Below, one piece after another: positions 55,276 to 64,000 of a stretch of DNA of 64,000 nt; position 1 is the first letter of the stretch; the number at the start of each line of letters is the position of its first letter. Source of the DNA: Octopus vulgaris (taxonomy: Eukaryota); the NCBI GenBank assembly GCA_951406725.2, contig OX597825.1, positions 59,024,001 through 59,088,000 on the forward strand, read 5' to 3'. The translations under genes were made by a program, and so were the position numbers. The notes under the pieces are model-generated. The model did not search any database. It was not told where the DNA came from and saw only the letters and a program-made list of their open reading frames with translations.

Positions 55276-55898
55276 ATAAAGAGCAATAGGAAGAAAGACC
55301 ATTTACAAACTAGAGAGAGAGAGAGAGAGAGAGAAGTAAATTTATTTCTCTATGGTGCTATGATTTAAACTATATCAGCATTTCACAGAAATCAATAACT
55401 CGTAATTGTTACATAAAATTTAGAATGTTGCTGTGTGTGTGTGTTTGTGTTTGTTTCCTTTGCATCATTATATGTATAGCTGTGTATGTATATACTTTCA
55501 TGTCTATAAGTCAATGTGAGTGTGTATGCGTGCATATGTGGAGTTATATGCGTAGGTGTATGTGTCGGTGTCTGTAGGTGTGTGTGGCTGTGATTTTATT
55601 TATGAGTATAGGTGGTGTATCTGTCTGATTTAGTACTTATTTCTAATGCTCCCTTTTAATCCCTTTCAAAGTGTTCATTGCTTGAAGCAAAGCCAAGAGA
55701 ATAACATCAAGACAGATAAATACTAGCCAGCCATTTATAATCCAGCCAGCCCATTATAGCCATACCTCATCATGGCACCAACATCAGTGCTTCTTACGTG
55801 GCACTTTGCATTGGTGCTAAGCATTACATTTGACAGAATAATCTGAATGGTAAAGAGTTAAAAAAAATTTAATAAATTGAATAAATGTAAGAACTCAC

Positions 55899-56022
55899 CA
55901 ACAAATTCAGCAGTTCCCATCATGGCACGACTATCAATGCCAGGTTTTAATTTCCGTGACAATCCAAAGTCTATCAACTTGATTCTCTGACTTGTCTGGT
56001 TTACCATGAGGATATTTTCTGG
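55899..56022 (-). CDS. DAPK1: DAPK1-like exon (124 nt): PENILMVNQTSQRIKLIDFGLSRKLKPGIDSRAMMGTAEFV
   Basis: Acceptor tttcacag and donor gtgagt. PEN, DFG and activation segment are present, in frame with flanking exons. Confidence 0.95.
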
Positions 56023-56170
56023 CTGTGAAATAAGAAAAATGAAACTGAAACATCTGTTGATTTTAGACCAAAAACTATCATTTTCAAAGATGGTTCTAGA
56101 AAGTACAAAATATATGATATGAAATATCAGCCACTCCGAAACCATCTCTGTTTCTAGAGATACTAGAAAT

Positions 56171-56323
56171 AGGCGCTGGAGTGGCTGTGTGGTAAGTCGC
56201 TTGCTTACCAACCACATGGGTCTGTGGCACCTTGCGCAAGTGTCTTCTACCATAGCCTCGGGCCGACCAAAGCCTTGTAAGTGGATTTGGTAGACAGAAA
56301 CTGAAAGAAGCCTGTCGTATATA

Positions 56324-56384
<61 letters not shown>

Positions 56385-56597
56385 TTATGTTTGTGTGTCT
56401 GTGTTTGTCCTCCCAACATCGCTTGACAACCGCTGCTGGTATGTTTACGTCCTGAAACTTAGTGGTTTGGCAAAAAAAACTGATAGAATAAGTACTAGGC
56501 TTACAAAGAATAAGTCCTGAGGTCGATTTGTTCGACTAAAGGCAGTGCTCCAGCATGGCCACAGTCAAATGACTGAAACAAGTAAAAGAGTAAAGAG
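56171..56597 (+). mobile_element. SINE family B
   Basis: Family match, ~150 bp from the exon acceptor. Confidence 0.85.
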
Positions 56598-58199
56598 TAT
56601 ACTAAACTGGCTGTCTTAAAGTATTCATATTTAAATCTAAAACTTTCCGGCACCAGTGGCATCACTGTCATCCTCATCGTTTAAAGTCTGTTTTCCATGC
56701 TGGCATGGTCAGATGGTTTGACAGGAGTTAGCCAGCTGGGGTGCTATCCGAAGTCCAATTATCTTTTGTGACAGTTTCTATGGCTTGACGCCCTTCCTAA
56801 TGCTGACTATTTTACAGAGTGTGCTGGGTGCTTTTTATGTGCCACCAGTAATGGGTACGTTTACACAACATTGGTACAAGTGCATTTTAGATGACACTGG
56901 TACCTGTAAAGGACAAGCTTTATGTATGCATGGATGGATGGCAATAATTTGGCTTGGAACCTCATTTATGTAAAAACAAATTTTTTCCTTATGTTCTAAA
57001 TCAGCCATGGATAATTCAAGTGATATGAACAACATTTGAAAGGTATTAGAACATTGACACTAGAAGCTTTTGATCAAGCATCGGATCTCTTGAGAATTGT
57101 TTGCATTCATTTGGGTAATTTCTATATCTTTTCTTATTCTAAGGTCTCTTAATAAGAGGACTGTATATACACCTTGTGGATGAGCTTTATATACATCTTG
57201 ATACAAATTTTGCTTACATTTCACAGTCTATCCTTTCTTAAGTATTAATAAAGTTCTTAGATGAACCATGTCTGATGCGACCCACTTCTTGGAAATGATT
57301 GCCTGTGTCTATTCCAAACCCTAGTGATGGTTTTCTATTATAGGGACAAGGCCTGAAATTTGGGGGCAAGTGGGGAGAGTCGATTACATTGACATAAATG
57401 CATAACTAGTACTCATTTCATTGACCCCAAAAGGATTGAAGGCAAGGTGAAGGGGAAGAAGAAGAGAAAGAGGAAGTAGAGATGGAGAGGTGCATCAAGC
57501 TCCAATGTCTGGTTTGGCATGGTTTCTATACCTGGATTCCCTTCCCAATGCCAACTATCTTACAGGCTGTACTGGGTGCTTTTGTTTTTGTGGCAACAGC
57601 ATGAGTGAGGCCATCAAGTAACTTGCCAGATGGCTCATAAGGGCCAATTTTCCAGTTTTATAGCATATATATTCACCCATCTGGTCAAGATGCTGGTCCA
57701 TCATAGTATTACTCATTTTTGCCAGCTGACATTTTTGCAATGTGGAATGAAGTGTTTTGCTCAAGAACACAATGCATTGCCCAGTCCAGGAATCTAAACC
57801 ACAATCTTACAAATCATGAGTCTAACAAATCGTTAGCTGTGGGTATATAGGTGAAAGCAGTGAATGGCAAACTGGAGTGGAAGCATGATTAATGGTGAAT
57901 ATCAGTTTGGATAGGATATATATATATATGATGTTCTCCAACTACTCCTGCTCATGATCAGAGATGCACACATTGTCAGCCACTAAAGGATATGCTAAAT
58001 CTGTCTGAAATGTGAAAAATAGGTCAGTTTCAAAACATTGATGTCCAAATTACAAAAGCAAAGTCTGAAGGGAATGGTAGTCATTTCCTTTGATTGAAAC
58101 AAATAGGAAATAACACTTACTGACCAAAGACAAAAATAAAAAATACAAATCTTGTTACACAGTGTAATATACATTTTGGCAGTTGATACTATAAATTCC

Positions 58200-58428
58200 C
58201 TTTATAGGAAAGACTTAGACCCCGTGTGTATCGTTGGTGATTTTTTCCTCCGTCTTCCCTTCCTTGGACCTTTCCTTTTCCTATGTTTCTGACCAAGAGC
58301 TCTGCTCGAAATGTTAAATCCTCCTCCTTTTTTTCCTTCCTGAGCGTCCAATAACATTATACTTGTTGCACATCCTTGCGTTGTTGCGTTTTCTCTTTGT
58401 GTTTTCATGTTTGGATTAACTTTATATA
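58200..58428 (+). mobile_element. Penelope-like LTR relic with degenerate minimal hammerhead
   Basis: gttt-CTGACCA-a-gagc-tct-gctc-GAAATGTT-aaat at 58285-58319. Confidence 0.55.
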
Positions 58429-58986
58429 TGTACATATAAGCACATCCTTATTGTTATCAACACAGTTTCGATGGTTGTGATGTTAAGATAGTTTAAAATG
58501 TTACACTTGAATAGTTAATAGCAGTTAATGAATAAACACTTGTAAAATAACTGCCTTAATACAGACCAGTTATAACTTAAAACCTGCTTTTATGCTCCTC
58601 AGCAAGGTTTGACATAACAGTAAGCTTTAGTGATAAAACAAGTCTCACTTTAATGTCACACTTGAATAGTTAAGGAAATCTACTTGTAAAATAATTACCT
58701 TGATTTCGACCAGTTTTTTTTCATGTTACAATGACAAATCGAATGTAAAATGTAATAATATATAAATGTGAGTTTCAAATTTAACCTCAAAATGGGTGTA
58801 AGGTGGAGCGGGGTGGGATGGGGAGCGAGTGATAAAGTGGACAGAAGTATAATTGATTCGAATGACAAACCTCGAACTTGAGGCCTTGACTAATAAACTA
58901 TTGAACTTGGAAGTATGGAAAATAAAGATGACCTTGATTGGATTTGAACCAATGACATATAGGGACATAGAACAGGATTTTATAAG

Positions 58987-59326
58987 AGCACTATCCGAGC
59001 ATGATCGTTGCCAGAGCGGCTAACTGGCTTCCGTGCTGGTGGCACATAAAAGGCACCATTCGAGCGTGATCGTTACCAGTGTTGCCTTACTGGCGCCTGT
59101 GCCAGTGGCATGTGTAGAAAGATTTGCCAGTACTGCCTGACTGGCCCCCATGCTGGTGGCATGTAAAAAAGCACCCACTGCACTCTCGGAGTGGTTGGCA
59201 TTAGGAAGGGCATCTAGCTGTAGAAATTCTGCCAGATCAAGTCTGGAGCCTGGTGCAGCCATCTGGTTCGCCAGCCATCAGTCAAAACTGTCTAACCCAT
59301 GCTAGCATGGAAAACGATGATGATGA
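58987..59326 (+). mobile_element. RTE LINE 3' UTR fragment
   Basis: Family match. Confidence 0.75.
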
Positions 59327-60500
59327 TTCTACTGATTCTGACTTTCATTGTCCTCTTCCTCCTCATCATCCCCATTTCAATGTCCAACTTTCCATATCTG
59401 CATGGGTCACACAAAGTGTAGAGAGTTAGATTTTCTACAGCTGGATGCCCTTCCTGTTGACTCCCCTCAACGGTTTCCGAGCAAGGTAAAATTTTCCTCT
59501 TGGCCTGACATGTTTCCACAGAATATTGGAAATGAATAGTTGTTTGTGTGACAATGATACTCATTTACGACTATCATGCTATATGAAACCGAGAAGACAC
59601 AAACACAAATACAATCTGATGAGCTTCTTTTAGCTTACATCTACCAAACCCACTCAAAGTTTTATGATTGGCCTAGAGCAGGGATGGGGAACCTGCGGCC
59701 TTCTGCAGTCATTGATGTAAATGTTATATATTTTTTAAGACCTTGATTTTTTTCGTCTATAGTTTTTATGCATAAATTTACAATACACACACACACACAC
59801 ATATATATAGATGAGAGGAAAAATAAGTGTTCAGTGATGTCACTCCCAGAAATTGGAAACATTTTTCTATGAACTTAATGAATATAAGTTTAAAGCAACA
59901 TGGTTATAAAGACATTTCCTTGTCAGTCACGCCAGCCTAGTGGGAGTGAGTGACCTGACATGTGATACATGTAGAGTTCTTGTCCCATATACCTCCTCGC
60001 TGTGGTCTGCGCTACATACTATTCAGTTAACTGTAGACGTGACTAAGTTCATAGTGACTTATGAGATTGTAAGCTTGAGTTAGTTATAGCCTCATTTGAA
60101 AGTGTACACTCACCAGTGCATATGTTATTTTGCAGACTTACTTTTTACCACTGAGACTTTATTAGTAACAATGATTGAATTCATTGCTACTCTATTAGGC
60201 CTGCTGCACACTGTTCCAGATAAAACGGTCTTAAATAGGACACGATCAATCAGCATCTGAAACCATGTTCTTGGAATCTTGGTCATGACTTTAGCAACTG
60301 TCATTGTTTTGATTGAATCGGATTATCACATTTTTTTTAATCCCTAAAGGATGAAAGGCAGAGTTGATCTCAGTGGGATTTGAACACAAAATGCAGAGAG
60401 TCAGAACAAGTACTATGAAGCATTCTGTCTAATGCACCAATGATTATACTAATTTACTATCTATACAGACATATATATATATATATATATATAGATAGAT

Positions 60501-60710
60501 AAGGCGGCGAGCTGGCAGAAACGTTAGCACACCAGGCAAAATGCGTAGCTGTATTTCGTCTGTCATTACGTTGTGACTTTGCCTTTCATCCTTTCGGGGT
60601 CGATAAATAAAGTACCAGTTACGCACTGGGGTCGATGTAATCAACTTAATCCGTTTATCTGTCCTTGTTTGTTCCCTCTGTGTTTAGCCCCTTGTGGGTA
60701 GTAAAGAAAT
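60501..60710 (+). mobile_element. SINE family A with internal deletion
   Basis: ggcggcgagctggcagaaacg...gtgggtagtaaagaaata. Confidence 0.85.
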
Positions 60711-61058
60711 ATATATATATATATATATAGCCTGAAGATTGCATGAAGGCTCCAGAAGAGTCATAAAATGCTGTCTGTGTTGTTTTCATTAGTAGCTTAT
60801 TAAAATATATACTGTTTTCATTAAACAATATTTATCTCTCACCAAATGGAGTTCTCTTTGTGTTGACCTTTGTGGAACAGTATTCTATATAATAAATACT
60901 TTAGTATTTTATTCATTAACTGCAGAAAGATAAAAGACGTGCTTGAAGACATATAACTAAATACAAGGCATTTTGTTTACCACATCTTAATAATAACAAT
61001 AACAATAATAAAAAGAAAGAAATGAGGAAAAGGCAGTGAAAGATAAATGGAAAAGTCA

Positions 61059-61235
<177 letters not shown>

Positions 61236-62019
61236 TCAGTAGGAATTAAACCTTTCAAGAATGGTGACACAGTTGGCAATAAAACTTAATGCAAACAGAG
61301 TAGAGTATAGGATCTAGGGACCAGGCATACTGTACTTCCTTGTGACCATCTCACAAGATCAGATGTAAGAGATTGCTATTTCAAGGAAAGTAGTCAAAAC
61401 AAAGTGTTGGAATATTAACTGAAGGAATTTTGCTTCACATCTTATCATTGGCACTGTGCTGTGTCTATAGCCAGATAATCAACTCTCTAGAGGCCCAGTC
61501 CATCTAGCCGCAAGAAGTACGGTTCAAAACAACCCATGATATATTTTATTGATTTGAATCTCTTTCTCTTCCCAATAATCACCAGTATGCAGGGCTGTAT
61601 TATCAGCATTATGGAACCTTATATAAGTGTCATGTCACTTGTGAGGTCTCTCATGAGTGCTACTAGTAACATGGAATCCAGTACAATTGTTGTATGGTTG
61701 GGTTGTCAGCAACTAAACTGGCACTTCCACTAGGCTTACCTGGTGATGAGGGTTGCTAAAAACCCAGCCAGAATAAAAACAAGACCTGTCAAAAAGATAG
61801 ATGAATCTAGTGTTGGTTCAACAACAATTTAGCAATACTATGGGCCCTCAGAAATTTCAGGTTGTTGTCTGGTGTGCTGGAAGATCATTGGCAGAGTGAG
61901 GGACCCAGTAGCTTTTGTTAAAGCATGTCTCTAGAACCCACTTCAAACTTAGGTTATGTTTGCTCTGATAATTAGCAGTGACTTGGTCACTGCTAATTAT
62001 CAAAGCAGACATAGAATTT

Positions 62020-62641
62020 TAGTTAATACTGCCATAATCCTTGCTTTCAGTTCATCTTTGGTGTTACAAGGAGTTTTGTCGGTCTCTTGCTCAACTGTGC
62101 CCCCCTCATAAAAGTCAAGGGGGTTGCAGTCTGGGGAGTTAGATGACCAGATGTTAGGAGTGATGTGGTCACAAAAATTGTCTGATAGCCAGACCTGGGG
62201 TCTTCCAGCAGCTACCTTTTTTACCCAGGGCAGCACTATCTCCTCCAGGCACTTGATGTAGGCCTCTGTGTAGAGTCTGAGGCCACGTGAAAGATGGAGG
62301 TAAAACATTGCCATCACTACTGATCATTCCAAACACTATGATGTTGACTGGATGTTTGATTTTTACCACTCTTGGTATATGTTTTGGAACATGGCAAACA
62401 CTCAGATTGATACCCAAACATTCTGAAATGTTTGTATTGGAGCTTCTGGGATGAATGCCAAGCAGTACAGCATGTTGTCTCCAAATTTCTGACAGAGTGA
62501 ATTGTATCATGGTACCGTTTTTCTCACAGACGGTGCCCAACTGACCCTACTATACTGTGTAGTTGACAAATTCAAAAACAAACAATGTGCATGCACGAAA
62601 TTAAAAGTATAAAATGGCGACAATTTACCCATTGCACCCTG
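62020..62641 (-). mobile_element. DD37D (maT-type) relic with left TIR
   Basis: TIR cagggtgcaatgggtaaattgtcgcc; HPVNIIVFG and NSPDCNPLD; homologous to 26995-27868. Confidence 0.82.
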
Positions 62642-62889
62642 TGTGTGTGTATATAACAGAAGGCTGAAATCCTTTCTGTCTCTGAACTGGAAACTCTAAA
62701 TTACATAATATCATATCTACGCAGTTGGTGCGATGCTTTGCAAGGAAGTGGTGGTGGTGGTGAAATATGATGGAAAACAGAGGAATGGCCATTCCCTGAT
62801 ATTGTTAGCATGTATGCATGTGTGTACAACATAGGCTTAAAGTCCTCTGTTTTGTTCCCAACCTCACTATCTCTTTTCTCCCTCTCCCC

Positions 62890-62924
<35 letters not shown>

Positions 62925-63024
62925 TAATCACAAACACTAATAGTACAACTTAAAGTACCACTGATACTACTAATACTTCTAGCTCCATCACTATCACAAG
63001 ACAATTGTTGCTATATTTCACATG

Positions 63025-63086
<62 letters not shown>

Positions 63087-63193
63087 AAGAGTGAGAGTGG
63101 GTTGTGTGACTTACTTTTAGCAGAGTGCTAACAATTGGTTTTTATGGTGCCATCTAATGTGTGCTATACACTCCTAACTCACCAATACACATG

Positions 63194-63235
<42 letters not shown>

Positions 63236-63579
63236 TACCTATGTATGTATGTGCATATAATGCTTTTATATATAGCTTCATTGTCTCTTAGATGAACACA
63301 AGGCATGAAATAATGTTTTATATTGTGTAACGGTTCATACTTTATTTTCCACCCCCAGGAGTATTGCGTGACATAACTATGAATCTAAATCATGTGGGTA
63401 GACTAATTCTGTAAATTGTAACATTTGCAATAACATTTTGGCTTCAGGTCAGAGGCAATTGTTGTCTGAGACAACTACAGGAGAAGTACTTTGGCTAAGA
63501 GTAAGCCACTACAGCTCATACTCATCAACTTGAAGAAAGCCTTTGACTGAGTTCTGAATTCTGCATCTTAATGGTTAGC

Positions 63580-63860
63580 AGCAAAAGGAAACTGATGGAT
63601 GGCTTGTAAGAGCCAGGTAGGTCATGTGCACAGATGCCGTCACCAAGGTGAGAACTGACAATGAATTCAGCAGCAAATTTAGTGTGCTGGTAGATGTCAA
63701 CCATGGCTTGACTCTGTTCTCACCAATTCCATTATAGTCCTCCTGACTATAACAGAGGTGTGTAAGACCAACTGTTGTTAAGAACTCCTGTATACTAATG
63801 ATTTAGATCTCTGTAGATTTTGAAAAGGAATTCCAACCACTGATTTAATGTTCTAGTCAC
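63580..63860 (+). mobile_element. Degraded RTE RT fragment; a similar one lies at ~8460-8720
   Basis: DAVTKVRTDNEFSSKFSVLVDVNHG..ELLYTNDL, homologous to the 32k RT. Confidence 0.6.
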
Positions 63861-64000
63861 ATTGTCTTGAATGTACAGGAAGGAATTACAACCGTGTTTC
63901 GTGGTCTGCTACCACAGCAGCTCCTTTATAGGGTCCAGTTAGCTCAAGACATCATCAGGAGGAACCACGTCCGGTTTTGGCCCAAACTCCTCTACCGTTT

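Noticed and set aside
54120-55286. 388-aa ORF, and the array as a possible CRISPR-like locus
   Set aside because: A 30-bp tandem repeat with no unique spacers, in eukaryotic context.
63108-63170. Upstream DAPK exon (gtaagt donor on the minus strand)
   Set aside because: The preceding sequence does not encode the expected kinase N-lobe, so that exon lies beyond the window.

Overview
AT-rich, microsatellite- and transposon-dense animal genomic DNA; the SINE/LINE repertoire resembles octopus (coleoid cephalopod), which is an inference from recall. The only host gene I can support is a death-associated protein kinase (DAPK1-like) gene on the minus strand. Seven GT-AG exons (61068-61206, 55899-56022, 38306-38381, 34302-34451, 31077-31122, 7381-7470, 6276-6365) splice in frame and encode the kinase C-lobe plus the Ca2+/calmodulin autoregulatory segment. 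The 5' kinase exons and the expected ankyrin/ROC-COR/death-domain exons appear to lie outside the window. The introns hold at least three tRNA-type SINE families, RTE and CR1-like LINE fragments, mariner and DD37D (maT) relics, a piggyBac transposase relic with TTAA MITEs, a hAT element with an 8-bp TSD, a Helitron, Penelope-like fold-back repeats with hammerhead-ribozyme-like cores, and mini/microsatellites. Most ORFs in the supplied track are simple-repeat artefacts. The most interesting points are Ala at the position of the inhibitory DAPK1 Ser308, a PEF-to-AEF motif change, the hammerhead-like relics and long hairpins, and a candidate antisense exon. I found no convincing novel multi-gene system.
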